The position numbers and the translations under genes were made by a program. A stretch of 64,000 nt of DNA, taken from contig VRMN01000001.1 of assembly GCA_008690995.1 (NCBI GenBank), positions 434,001-498,000 on the forward strand, written 5' to 3'. Below are positions 46,101 through 55,433 of the stretch, piece by piece. Each line of letters opens with the position of its first letter. Position 1 is the stretch's first letter. The notes under the pieces were generated by a model. It searched no databases. It was not told the DNA's origin and was given only the letters and a program-made list of their open reading frames with translations. The stretch is from Porphyridium purpureum (lineage: Eukaryota).

Positions 46101-46166
46101 ACCCCCTCCTCCACGTGCGCCTGCCGACTCTCGCCGACTTCCATCTCCATCGCCTCCTCCAGCCAT
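40101..46166 (-). CDS. TAF1: TFIID subunit 1 with C-terminal bromodomain
   Basis: N-terminal TBP-binding GFLFGNID..GRLE..YLD; LDLNDPNLL, FHRP, EYALERTPPLIMLPGMASR, VGQCEPRVEVMAPN, VTPE...FEAMEAG; bromodomain PV....PNY...Y.S..EFLADF.L...NS..FN. Confidence 0.93.
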   Translation of the reverse strand: MAGGGDGDGSRRESAGARGGGGGVAAGFLFGNIDRRGRLEEAEYLDEDAREHIGNVAPAIASANEDLAEVASAQDRQAERAAGSVGSAGRAEDDDEYDEEDSDDDEEGAGGAVRAGDAAVDFANETEFLDDDLDKEERDTLVQVALGNTSGALTQPLWVKGGANANQAEDEDDDYDEQEPDGDISAGAKQQDLEGTREVAPARLAQERRVVNARTASDLGGVLVAQAHAGMQMQPQLQHTISSSTRKHEAQDSGRPEFGKLFAPEIRLLPRKPRRVRYGWEDPRKVAAEELANGSATEGTVSDVAAGHASDTGVAQSSLAQASHRRRRKNRNHAEGASGLGDETDQFLRAQIVSRPDVSKVVLDKIRILKAASASALASASALASADRDMNMESFKTTNQVDQNNFSSARSSASERERPLRVGTSTSAGATDDCIGDTSAKTRHRDEPWHWRYLKSEVLDAARNQAFRNDSIYSLVEQYAWEDEILWGDSASDCDSSGDVNRTRGGGGSVLNKQAPVQAEAEVSGSPGDEADDEDIVWEDDTPSPLPSTAPSLPTSVLSSASTGVILEEKDASTVQNIGITESTKKGQKAGRTRTKDKERPASSKSDIEDVEHSLGLQCFAENSDLETDSWLDEILWESASSSSSAAASDEENTRMMMDSYSAKEGSQRPAPFLAKLVLDLNDPNLLMAGDMAAVAQDQPRGMQLVRTQTHEHEQQRYHATHPFVPSMCRTSVELSDAVVLDRAHEELERLKRISNDMLYVHATSSGFRKGGARRSVLSALVHAAPATKALTSHAHVSDSYLTSFHRPELSPVGSRPHDTGDLLGRSFGLQPLRRKRVKTSRTATAATDRNGISGIGNDRNDAFATPATTHLAGGVAAGNGLPGTGAGAFKRKSDLSCAAKDSHRIVLTEYALERTPPLIMLPGMASRYVTYVRKRSAFHSGGAVAAEGIGGSTSSYPHANSNPDHHRHVITLGPDDLPPFHTGDVKYAPSGHAHGAHHGGASVGTNSNAKNVARSSAAAARMAGHTRDHTDPPMHEIQALESSLFAAPAALCSLPGGPNQSLSRSQDKVHEGNPIEVSHCDFLVVKKQDVMYVREIDMVLSVGQCEPRVEVMAPNTDRCKKYTKERVLLWMLRQFSNQKKKGVVTPALRKNHVFEAFGRKRSCSDTFLLKTLKELTIFDGGLYQLNEPARGLSTLEAELLRTVTPEETAAFEAMEAGWETLNRAGIRIFTHPTAQGNIMQAAAKTGLAAGVAVGEFIRQQLLSTQWYRTSLMISAQRAQRKELARELALTRHAMELCSGFVLSRNGLSVEARINNLAAPELLTLLQSFFRVSAKKMPAGIDARRALLRDLCIKRASNVVASSAGHHRGSSGTTGGSSSGTAGGVQNNNSFGFDKDFASAIASVLTKQEQRSLAAPSVAAAAAAAAAASAGAAQDQQPADLSAAIAQYVPLKTQLRALLMGDVSGLPAAEDQAAADARAAALLLAQTSPESAFGVSASQPPQPVTTIVGGHEVKVKGTGGGPGGVKISLVRKAQHSGGDKEDAEELFKMLAEQRARSAAGAGAGAGAPSGSDGGTPGGPGSPAPGIKKKVSRKEKKPKDKEKTVLIGGAPMTGLKVVRWIKDEHGNRKEKKYEYVTDEKEIEKILAQKQRKEAKAKGVAQIGATDSTGGAGATKASTAGENALTKAPSLKVSIGLGALTKSKSRTDIRASPPAHVGTPRLPGQSGSGDEGGAGGGDGRVKIKLGSGGGSGKIRIDTKNLANSKDAAALKRRRSQYADESDLNGPRKRSSPGFSYAATGTGAGANAPLVKQISSRRARRDARVELNGILEGVERVVRETKGYIASTTPFLIKRLRPDEIPPVHADPKNLARPKGTGLDLTQPVNTKLVPNYGEHVQDQMYLNLIRQNCKNFKYSSAAEFLADFRLLQLNSEKFNTTPDVEWVNQHARLLRETAEEEVAALAQPIADAEAELARQQEMEHSAKAEAEAVRAHGLDASAAEGTTPDSGLASTHAPDSAPKQPPA

Positions 46167-46455
46167 CTCCCTCCTTCCTGCTTCATCCCTCTGTCTCTCC
46201 CCCTCTCCGTTCCCTCCCTTCCCCGACCTCTGTCCCAACTTGGTGGTTGAATCGGTTTGTCCTCGTTCCTTGTGGTGTCAATAATCATCCATCAACCGGT
46301 TACCGCATTTCGACTAAACGGTCCGCTCTTCCTTACGGATAGACGTTATAGTGTACAGCGCGGCGGAGCAAGAGTCAGCGATGTGCGTATGAACGCCTCC
46401 GTGCGTGCCGGTGTGGAAGCGTGTTTGTCAATGGTACAGTGCGTCAATGACGCCT

Positions 46456-46757
46456 CGTGGAAAGTTGCCCGTCCCACTCGTCGATGGGCGTGCGGAAGGG
46501 CGAGTGCGAACGTACCGGGACGTCGTGACGGGGATTCAGCGGGTGTAATGCGATGTGACTCGACTAGCGTCCCGCCGGATGCCGATGTGACGTGACTCGA
46601 TGTGGTCAGATTGCATCAACAAGGACCCGGCGGGCGTCTATATAGTGGGTGCGGTCGCGCAGAGATGGCAGACGGATAAGCCTAGAAGAAAAGAGAGAAG
46701 GTAAGGGAAGGGGAATAGTAAAAGGGTTCTTCGTTGATCGTTAACAGAAAACCCACG
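46456..46757 (+). repeat. 5' LTR of outer element (CGTGG...CCACG)
   Basis: Identical by eye to 57032-57333; TATATA at ~46639. Confidence 0.95.
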
Positions 46758-46777
46758 TGGTATCATCGCCCGGTTCG
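46758..46777 (+). promoter_or_regulatory. primer-binding site (initiator tRNA-Met type) of outer element
   Basis: TGGTATCATCGCCCGGTTCG directly after the LTR. Confidence 0.8.
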
Positions 46778-46818
46778 GCGGGTGAGGAGCGGTAGTCTCT
46801 GGTGCGGGGCCTGTCGGG

Positions 46819-47559
46819 ATGGACGAGGAGACGGGGCCAGTTGTGAGGCCGGCGCGGCTCAGCCAGTTCGCGGGGCAGCGGAACCAGCGAGTGGTGATGA
46901 ACTGGTTGTTCGAAGTGGAGACGAAGGTTCTGCCGTTCGCCAGCTCTGAGCGCGAAGGAGTCAACGTAGCCATGAGCTACTTGACGGATACTGCATTGCA
47001 GTGGTTGCGTGGCCTGCCGGTCCGTCCATAGAATTGGGCCGGGTTTCGAACGGTGTTTATGGAACAGTTCTTGCCGGCGGACTACAAGCGTCGCGCGCGA
47101 GATGCGCTGCATGGATGGCGCCAGACGAGGGGCGTAGCGGTGTACGCGGCCGAGTTCAGGGACCTGGTCCTAGCGTGTGAGGACGTGGGTGCCGCGGAGG
47201 CGTTGGACAAGTTCACGCGTGGACTTAAGCCCGCCATAGCGTTCGAAGTTATGAAGGAGAATCCAAGTAGCCTCGATGAGGCCTGCCGAGTTGCCCTTTG
47301 CGCGGAGGACGCATTCGTGGCGGCGCGTCGCGGTTCGCCATCATCCCAGGGTCTTGGGATCCACCATCGCTCAGGCCCGACGCGCGCTTTCGACGTGCCG
47401 TATGGAGAGAGCTCGGCACCAATGGAAATCGGGGCGCAGGCTATGGAGGTAACCTGTTACAACTGCGAGGAACGCGGGCACTTTGCGCGAGACTGCCCCA
47501 AGCCGCACCGCGCGCGAGCGCAGGCGCAGCCGGGAAAAGGCGCCCCGCGCCGAGACTAG
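46819..47559 (+). pseudogene. gag: gag of outer element (gypsy-like capsid plus CCHC knuckle) with in-frame TAG at 47029-47031
   Basis: ORFs 46819-47031 and 47053-47559 share a frame; YLTDTALQW, RQTRGVAVYAAEF, FTRGLKP, PMEIG, CYNCEERGHFARDC. Confidence 0.88.
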
Positions 47560-47577
47560 GGCAGGTGTCGGCGCGGG
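47532..47577 (+). promoter_or_regulatory. -1 programmed ribosomal frameshift signal
   Basis: Slippery G GGA AAA (47532-47538), 5-nt spacer, 10-bp stem CCCGCGCCGA/TCGGCGCGGG; pol lies in the -1 frame. Confidence 0.8.
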
Positions 47578-47957
47578 AGCCGTCAGAACTTCTGACGTTG
47601 CACGTTCGCTTCTGCGGGAAACGTGCGATGGCAATCGTAGACTGTGGCGCCACACATGTCTTTGTGGATAAGGCATGGGTGCGCCATTCAGGGTTATTAT
47701 CATTTTGCGAAGCGACACCGGGACTTCAGGCCGTCCTTGCCGACGGGCGCAAGACTAATGTTGTCGGGAGCCTTCTCGGTCATTTGGAGCTGAACGGCAT
47801 CGGGTCACGTCGCTGCCGTGCGATTGTATGTCCGGCACTGATGACCGACCTCGTCATCGGTATGGAGTTCCTGACGCGTACTGGGATGGTCATTGATTAC
47901 GAGGACGGGAGCATTTTCATGCGTAAGCGGGAAGATATGAACTTGAAAAGGGACAAG

Positions 47958-48140
47958 GAGCAGAACGGGAGCGCAGGGCGCACGAGCGGAGGAACGGCTG
48001 GGCCGGGCAGAGAGCAGAACGAGAGCGCAGGGCGCACGAGCGGAGGAACGGCTGGGCCGGGCAGAGAGCAGAACGGGAGCGCAGGGCGCACGAGCGGACG
48101 AACGGCTGGGCCGGGCAGAGAGCAGAACGGGAGCGCAGGG
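47958..48140 (+). repeat. ~3.4 x 54-bp in-frame tandem repeat (EQNGSAGRTSGGTAGPGR)
   Basis: Units start at 47958, 48012, 48066 and 48120. Confidence 0.9.
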
Positions 48141-50829
48141 CACGTGGAAGCAAGCTCTGTCAATCCGCAGCCGCGAAATCAAGGACGGAGCGCGGGGCGC
48201 TCGAGCGTACATGTGGACGGGCCATGCGTGAACCGAGACACAAGCGCGGGGCGCGTGCATGAAAAGAACGCCGGAAAGTCATCAGGGCTGAGCGATGAAG
48301 AGAGCGCGGGGAGCTCCAACGCATGCTCGACAGGAGCGAACGGTTACGAGAACGGGAATATGAGCCCGGAGCGCGTAGATTGCGAAACAGATAGGCCGAA
48401 CATGGGGGCGAATGTCGAGGTCCATTCGAACCAAGCATGCAAAGGCACCCCGTTGGCGAAGTCGGCTGAGTGCCGCGAAACGGAGGTACGGACGCGAGGA
48501 AGGGACCAAGTGATGGGCAAAACGAAGGCGAGGAGCAACACGGACCCTGCGCAAGACTCGCTAGTCAGGAGTAAAATCGGGTCGCGGCATGGCGGCAGTG
48601 CGTTGAAGGAAACCGCATACCCTTCCGGAGACTGTAGCCTGATCCCAGAACCTGATTCGCCGGGGGAGGCACAAACCGGCGACATAGCGTCAAGTTCAAG
48701 CGACGATGGAGCGCCAAATGCGATACGAGGTATTCGACGCGCAATGACATGGGTCGATCGTCTCGCCCTTGGCACCACAGTTTCAAATGTGCCCGACGGA
48801 CACGCGCTCCTGCACATGCCTGCTCGCACGTCGTGCGAGGTTTGTACAAGGGCGAAGCTGAAAATGCGGCCGTCTTACCGAATTGATGTCGACGCGCACG
48901 CGCGAGCACCTGGGGTCGCTGCACGCTTTGACGAAGAAATAGGGGTGGACCTGGTCGACGCCGGCGCCAAGGTCCGTTCGCGGGAAGGATATCGATACAT
49001 CCTGACACATGTCGACGAGCACACGGGGTGGATAGAAGTCGCGGGAGTCGTCGATAAGACTGCCCTGGCCTGCCGCGAGGCGCTTGTCGAGTGCCAAGCT
49101 GGGAGAGATTGGCCGAAACGGATGCGCACAGATTCGGGCAGCGAGTTTAGGGGCGCGTTCGCGCGCGTTCTGCGCGAGAGGAACGTTGAACATACCCTCT
49201 GCATCCCTCATAGACCGAACGGACACGCGCGACTGGAAAGACTGCACCACACGTTGAATGCCGTCATTCGTTGCCTCTTATGGCAATCGGGTTTGCACGT
49301 CGTCTGGTTTTTCAGAGCAGCCAAATTCTTCGCGTTCTGGTACAATCGGGTGCACCTGGGTAGGGACGGACTAACTCCCTTTGAGCGCAGATACGGACAG
49401 GGATGGGTCGAGAGCGGCAAGCCATGGCTGATGGCTCCATTCGGATCGCGGGTGGTCTATAAAGTGGACGACGTAGCCAACAAGTTCGCTCCTACCACGC
49501 GCGAGGGAGTGGTCGTCGGGGCTCGGGACCACCCCGCCGCCCTCGAAGTTCTCGAGACAGGGTCTGGAGCGACGACGTGGACAAGAGATTTCAGAGTATT
49601 CAAAGACTTCACCATGCGCGTGCCGGGCGCAGAACCGCTCGCAGAAATGGAAAAGGTGATCGCGTACGATCCGGACGGGGATTTGGCAGTCGCACAGCGC
49701 GACAACGTCGCGTCGGAAGAGACGGGAATCAAAGCGAGGGTTGAAGCAATCACGGAACGCCTGAAGGCCATCGACGAGCGGGAAAAGCAGCTAAGCCAGG
49801 AGGTCGCGGCGCGGCGGGCGGCTAAGGAGGGCAAAGAAATCAGGCGTACAAAGAAGAACGCCCGTCGCTCGGCCCGAATAGCGGCGCGCTTTCCTTCCGT
49901 GACCATAAATGTTACCAGGGTAATGAGCAGACGAGAAGCCACCACGGATGGAAGGGCAGCTGAGGCCATTGAGAATGAGCTCGGGCAAATGCGGCGCTTC
50001 GGCGTGTGGGATCCGGAACCGGTCACTCTGAACTCCATTACCGAGGGACTTATTGTAAGGGCGCACATGGTGGTAGCCGAAAAGCACACGGAGCGTCCTG
50101 TTGAGGAGCGCAAGATCAAGGCAAGGCTCGTGGCCGGGGGGGATCGCATTACGGACATGACGGGGGTCCCAGTGTCTCTTACCGTTCCCTACGAGGCGCC
50201 GGCATCTTTAGCTGCGCTAAGGATCGTGCTGGCGTGGGCGCAGATGAACGAATTAGAAGTGGGCTTTGTTGACATCACCAGCGCCTACCTGCAGGCCGAG
50301 TGCAGCGGGGGACCGGTGTATGTAATCCTTCCCAGCGAGGCAGGCGGGAAGACGGGCACCGCCCATCATCTCCGCAAGGCAATGTACGGATTACCGAGAG
50401 CGGGAGCGGACTTCGCGCGCGAAGCTCGTAGTCGCTTGTTGCGTCTCGGATGGGTGGAGGTCACAGCAGGAGTGTATATCCGTAGAAGCCTCGAGGAGAA
50501 CGCGGCAGGACTCGTCTTGGTAATGTACGTTGACGACGTGGTCTTAGCGGGGCGGAAAGACGAGGCACGGAATGCCATGAGTGAGTTATATCAAGAATTC
50601 GTGATCGACGAGCAACCGCAGTGGCTCGGCGAGAGCCCGGTCCTTCACCTTGGCATGCGGATTTCCAGAACGAACGGAAGGGTAAAGATTGATGGTACGG
50701 ACTACGCAAAGACCATTATAGATGAGTACGAGCGCGACTCGACTGTGAGGACGAGGGGCACGCGCGATGCGGCAACCCCCATGGTATTTCCAGAGGCGGC
50801 GCTCTACGACGAAGCGGAAGTCAGTACGA

Positions 50830-51130
50830 TGTTACCAATGCTGTGCCTTTTTTTACTCTCTGCGTCTTCTTCTTACCTCTTCTGTCTCCGAGCAAGACCT
50901 GACCGGCTAGTCCGGGCAGGCGCGTCGCCTTTTTATACCCTTACTTCCGCTAGGGACAGCAAGGCGCCAAGAGAAATGACAATGCAAACCATTGGCATTT
51001 CTGCGCGCGTCTAGAAGTTTCTGGAACCTCTAGAAGCTTCTAGAAACGGTTAAACGGTCTGACGGTTTAACGGCTTACCGGTTTCGGATTAACCGAACCG
51101 TTCTAGGTGACTGGGGTCGAACGGATAACA
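50830..51130 (-). repeat. 3' LTR of gypsy element
   Basis: Identical by eye to 56001-56301. Confidence 0.95.
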
Positions 51131-51144
51131 TCTCCCCCCCTCTT
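51131..51144 (-). promoter_or_regulatory. polypurine tract of gypsy element
   Basis: Minus strand AAGAGGGGGGGAGA abutting the 3' LTR. Confidence 0.9.
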
Positions 51145-51249
51145 GGCTCGACGTCTCGGCGAGACTTCAAACTAAGTTGCATTCTTGGCTCGAGGAACCC
51201 GCGCTCCGGGAGAAAACCTCTGCCTAGCAAACTTCTCACAATTCCCAAG

Positions 51250-54200
51250 TCATTCAGAGTCAGACTCTTCGATAATTTTCAACAAGTCTGGCTCAGAATC
51301 GGACGTTGGCAGGTCGTCGGGTACTTCTTCATCATTTTCCCCTGCCATGTAGTCTTCGCGTCCATAGTATGGCTTCAGATGTTGGATCGGAAAAACATCA
51401 TGACAAGCCACACCCTCAGGCAAAATCACTCGGTAAGCATGCGAGCTTACCTTCTCAATGACAGGCACCGGACCAAGAAACTTTGGTGCCGCCAAATCAC
51501 TCTTGTTCGGCCGCAATTGCGGCGCCGTGATCAACACTTGATCACCAACTTGAAACTCCCGGGCATCCTTGCGTCGATCGAAGAACTTCTGCATTCTCCC
51601 CTGGGCTTCGATCAAATTGTCGCGGACTTCTTCATGGACTTTGCACAGGCGAAACCAGTGCTCCGCCATGTCCTTTGTCTGTCCGTCGCGCGCAGGCCTC
51701 CACCCTTCGCTCGGTGGAAACCAAGGATCCCTTCCATATACCACTTTGAACGGCGCGAATCCAGTGGCACTGCTTGGTGCAGAGTTGTACGCAAACTCGT
51801 ACAACGGCAAGTCTCGCACCCAGCCACTATTCGTCGCCATCAACTTGAGCATTTCCCGAATCACGCGGTTCACTCGCTCAGTTTGGCCATCTGTCTGCGG
51901 GTGGTTGGCGGTAGACATAGCCAACTTCATGCCCACCCGCTTGCTCAACTGCTGCCAAAACGTGGACGTAAACAGCGGATCTCGGTCCGATACAATTGAC
52001 TTGGGGTATCCGAAACGGCTCACGACGTGCTTCACGAACAAGTCAGCACAACGCTTTGCTGTCAAGTCCTTGCGCGTCGGGATGAACAGCGCAATCTTCG
52101 AATAGCGATCCACCACAGTCATAATTGCATCACAGCTGCCTTCGCTCCGAGGCAGCTCCGTCACAAAGTCCATCGAAATGTCGACCCAAGGTCCTTCTGG
52201 GATCGACAAGGGCTTCAGCTTTCCAAACGACCGATTCTCTGACTTTGTCACTTGGCATGCGTGACAAGTCTTCACAAAACGGCTCACGTCTCGCTTCATC
52301 TTTGGCCAGTAGAAGCGAGTGATCAAAGATGCATACGTCGTGTCGGCTCCACGGTGTCCTGCTGTCGGGATATCGTGGTGGAGCTGCATGACACGCTCTC
52401 TGAACTTCCTCGGCACGCAAACGCGATTCCTCAAGTACAAGAGCCCAGCTTCGGTTCGAAAACCCTGGTGGGTCGGTAAGTCACCCATCAAAGTACCAAA
52501 GTCTGGGTCACTCGAGTACGAACCCACGAATGCCTGGAAACCCGCACCAAATTCATCACACCGAACTTGGTACTCTAGCGCATGTAACTCTGGCTTCCTC
52601 GACAAAGCATCGGCTACCACGTTCGACTTTCCCTTCACATAGTCGATCGTGATGTCAAACTCGGCTAAAAAGTCCAGCCACCGTGCTTGCCGGCCATTCA
52701 GCTCCTTCTGCGTCATCAAATGTTTCAACGCCTCATGATCTGTATGAAGCACAAACTGTGCTCCGTACAGATAAGGTCGAAACTCTCGCAGACAGTGAAT
52801 GACGGCCATGAGCTCACCTTCATAGCTGCTGTACCTGGTCTCTCGGTCCAGCAGCTTCCTTGACGTAAACGCGACCGGTCTGCCTTCCTGTGCCAGCCAT
52901 CCCCCCACCGCGACTTCGGAGCGGTCTGTGTACACCTCGAATGGCTTTTCAGGGTCTGGCAAAGCCAACACCGGCGCTTCCGTCAACATCCCCACAATCT
53001 TCTTGAAGGCCGACTTGCCTTCATCTCCCAGTTCGATCAGCTGCTTCTTCGACTTTGCGTTCTGCAACAGCGAAGTCAGCGGCGCCACGACGGTAGAGTA
53101 TCCTTTGGCAAACCTGCGAAACCAGTTTGTCATTCCCAAAAAAGATCTCAACTCCGTCACCGTCTTTGGCACTGGCCAATCTTTCAAAGCTTCCACCTTC
53201 CGTGGATCCATCTTCACACAACCGTTACCGACAATGTTTCCCAGGTATTCGACTTCAGAAACGAAGAAGCTGCACTTCTTGCGCTTCAAACGATACCCTG
53301 CCTTTTGCAAGCGCGACAACACTTCCTTCAGGACCTCGCCGTGCGACTGCCTATCCTTGGTAAAGACCAAAATATCGTCCAAGTAGACAATGACGGTCTT
53401 GTCCAGCAGATCTGCAAACAGCTCGTTCATGGCCCTCTGAAAAGTTGCCGGCGCGTTGCAAAGACCAAACGGCATCACACGGAACTCGAACTGTCCGTAC
53501 CTGGTCTGGAACGCGGTCTTCGGCACGTCCTCTCTCCGAACACGCAACTGGTGGTATCCCGATGCCAAATCCAACTTTGAGAAACAGTGAGCTGCGCCCA
53601 GTCGATCCAGCAACTCATCCATGTTCGGCAACGGATACCGGTCCTTCACAGTTGCGTCGTTCAACGCCCGATAATCAACGCACATCCTCATGCTGCCGTC
53701 TTTCTTCTTCACGAACAGCACGGGTGCTCCAAACGGGCTCTGACTCGGCTGGACGAATCCTTTGTCCAGCAAGTCATCCAAAGTCTCTCGGAGGACTTTC
53801 AACTCCGCAGGGCTCAGTCGGTAGACCCTGCCCACTCTCACAGGCTTCTCATCTTTCAGCCTAATCACATGCTCCACTGTTCGGCTCTCAGGCAGCCCAC
53901 GTGGCTCCTCGAACAGATTTTCGAAATCCTTGAGCATCTTTCTCACAGAGTCAGCTTCTTTGCGCTCCACTGAACAGGGCTCCTCCCTTCCTTTCAGCAC
54001 GCCGAGGTAGCACTCTTCTACCTCCTGACTCTTCAACAGCCGACGGAGCTCTTTCCGTGGCACCAGCATCTGCGTCATGCTCCAGGCCTTTTTCTCTCCG
54101 TAGGCCAACATGCCAGACTGCCAATCAATCACTGGGTTCTCCCGCTTCAGCCACTCCATGCCCAAGATTGCGTCTTGTCCCGCAATCCGGCAAATGGCAA

Positions 54201-54648
54201 AGGTAGCGGTCCCTGAGTACCCATCGCTCAGTTCAAACTTGACATTGGAAACTTCTCCGGCTGTTTCCAATACAGACCCATCCGCTAGGGTCACATGATC
54301 TCTCTTCCACGACGCCTTCTGCTTCAGGCCGTCGGATTTCTGCACAAAGTCCACGCTCATGAAGTTGTCCGTCGCGCCACTGTCAATCAAAAACGTGGCC
54401 TCTCCGTCGGACTTGTGCACTTTTCCTCGAACTCGAAGAAGCATGGCAGCTCCCATCCCTCCAAGTTCCTTGATCACGGGCTGATTTGCGCTCGAGTTTC
54501 GCCCACAAGGTGTCGGACAGCCAGACCTTGGCTTACCAAGGCCACCACAGCGGTCTTCATTACCGCCCCTAGAGGTCTCGTAACGTGTGCGAGCCTCCTT
54601 TCCCTCTGACTGTCCGAGGAACCTCTCTACTCGAGCTCCTCGTTTTTT
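51250..54648 (-). CDS. pol: gypsy Pol (PR-RT-RH-IN), reached by -1 frameshift from gag
   Basis: LIDSGAT, LFVKKKDG, FSKLDLASGYHQ, MPFGLCNAPATFQ, YLDD, RNase H, HHCC, ISMDFV, SDRD, HPQTDGQTER and GPY/F-like tail. Confidence 0.96.
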   Translation of the reverse strand, partial: KKRGARVERFLGQSEGKEARTRYETSRGGNEDRCGGLGKPRSGCPTPCGRNSSANQPVIKELGGMGAAMLLRVRGKVHKSDGEATFLIDSGATDNFMSVDFVQKSDGLKQKASWKRDHVTLADGSVLETAGEVSNVKFELSDGYSGTATFAICRIAGQDAILGMEWLKRENPVIDWQSGMLAYGEKKAWSMTQMLVPRKELRRLLKSQEVEECYLGVLKGREEPCSVERKEADSVRKMLKDFENLFEEPRGLPESRTVEHVIRLKDEKPVRVGRVYRLSPAELKVLRETLDDLLDKGFVQPSQSPFGAPVLFVKKKDGSMRMCVDYRALNDATVKDRYPLPNMDELLDRLGAAHCFSKLDLASGYHQLRVRREDVPKTAFQTRYGQFEFRVMPFGLCNAPATFQRAMNELFADLLDKTVIVYLDDILVFTKDRQSHGEVLKEVLSRLQKAGYRLKRKKCSFFVSEVEYLGNIVGNGCVKMDPRKVEALKDWPVPKTVTELRSFLGMTNWFRRFAKGYSTVVAPLTSLLQNAKSKKQLIELGDEGKSAFKKIVGMLTEAPVLALPDPEKPFEVYTDRSEVAVGGWLAQEGRPVAFTSRKLLDRETRYSSYEGELMAVIHCLREFRPYLYGAQFVLHTDHEALKHLMTQKELNGRQARWLDFLAEFDITIDYVKGKSNVVADALSRKPELHALEYQVRCDEFGAGFQAFVGSYSSDPDFGTLMGDLPTHQGFRTEAGLLYLRNRVCVPRKFRERVMQLHHDIPTAGHRGADTTYASLITRFYWPKMKRDVSRFVKTCHACQVTKSENRSFGKLKPLSIPEGPWVDISMDFVTELPRSEGSCDAIMTVVDRYSKIALFIPTRKDLTAKRCADLFVKHVVSRFGYPKSIVSDRDPLFTSTFWQQLSKRVGMKLAMSTANHPQTDGQTERVNRVIREMLKLMATNSGWVRDLPLYEFAYNSAPSSATGFAPFKVVYGRDPWFPPSEGWRPARDGQTKDMAEHWFRLCKVHEEVRDNLIEAQGRMQKFFDRRKDAREFQVGDQVLITAPQLRPNKSDLAAPKFLGPVPVIEKVSSHAYRVILPEGVACHDVFPIQHLKPYYGREDYMAGENDEEVPDDLPTSDSEPDLLKIIEESDSE

Positions 54649-55433
54649 GACTCCAGCGAGTCTCCCTCCAGCTGCTGGATAGTCTTCCTTGCCTCGGGAC
54701 ACTTCCTCGCGATGTGTCCCGGCCTTCCACAATTCCAGCATTTGAGCTCGCTTCGAACACGCCTCTGACCCTGCACATGTCCCAGCTCCATCGGGACGGG
54801 TCCTTCCTGCGCTGCACGACCGAAAAATGGCGTCCTCACACTTGAATCACGCACGCCGCGGGTCGCATGAATGGCGTCGTCCACGACCACCGCCACCTGC
54901 GCAGCCTCCGCAAACGTGCTCACTCCTCGCTTGTACACTTCTAAGCGGACCTCGGGCTTCAGACCCCTCACAAAGCGGTCCATCATTTCTGCGTCCGACA
55001 AGTCCGGAATCACAAGTGCCGCGTCCTGAAAAGCCGCCACATACGCATGGGCCGGGCCTTTCTGCGAAAGACGCGTCAACTTGTCCCTTGCACGCCTGAT
55101 CGAATCCTGCGGCGTGAACCGAGCACTCACGAGGGCAGCGAAATCATTCCACGTCGTGGGGATCTCCTGCGGGTAGCGCTCGCAGTTCAGGACCCACCAA
55201 TGAAGCGCCTCTCCCTCGAAGTAGTCTGATGCCAAGTCCACAGCACGCCTCTCCGCAAGCAGACGTTTCTCCAAATCGTCCGGGTGGATGCTCTCCAACA
55301 GCCGGCCCAAGATCTTCTTTCTCGCCTGGAACAACCACGTCTTCACAACCAGAAGGTCACGCTTCCCGTCGAACCTCATCTGACGGGCCTCCTTCGGGCC
55401 ACGTGGTCCCAGCGTCTCCGAATCAATCTCCAT
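54627..55433 (-). CDS. gag: gypsy Gag
   Basis: FDGKRD, FEGEALHWW, LSQKG..YVAAF, FVRGLKP, PMELG, CWNCGRPGHIARKC; slippery A AAA AAC at 54648-54642. Confidence 0.94.
   Translation of the reverse strand: MEIDSETLGPRGPKEARQMRFDGKRDLLVVKTWLFQARKKILGRLLESIHPDDLEKRLLAERRAVDLASDYFEGEALHWWVLNCERYPQEIPTTWNDFAALVSARFTPQDSIRRARDKLTRLSQKGPAHAYVAAFQDAALVIPDLSDAEMMDRFVRGLKPEVRLEVYKRGVSTFAEAAQVAVVVDDAIHATRGVRDSSVRTPFFGRAAQEGPVPMELGHVQGQRRVRSELKCWNCGRPGHIARKCPEARKTIQQLEGDSLESKNEELE

Larger units (their letters stand above)
47532..50829 (+). pseudogene. pol: pol of outer element, 5' part: protease, spacer, integrase and copia-type RT
   Basis: PR IVDCGATH; IN H...H.P....CEVC, VDLVD, RTDSGSEF, LERL; RT KARLVAGG, VDITSAYLQA, LRKAMYGL, MYVDDVV. 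Confidence 0.93.

Noticed and set aside
47958..48140. CRISPR-like array
   Set aside because: Contiguous in-frame coding repeats with no unique spacers and no cas genes; eukaryotic context
50830..51014. Last ~60 aa of the 1238-aa ORF, and ORF 56000-56185
   Set aside because: Read-through into the antisense gypsy LTR; not part of the outer pol
51145..51360. Chromodomain at the end of the gypsy integrase
   Set aside because: Only an acidic tail; no aromatic-cage pattern before or after the stop
52915..52935. RNase H motif TDRS instead of TDAS as proof of inactivation
   Set aside because: The catalytic Asp is retained; could be a variant or sequencing error
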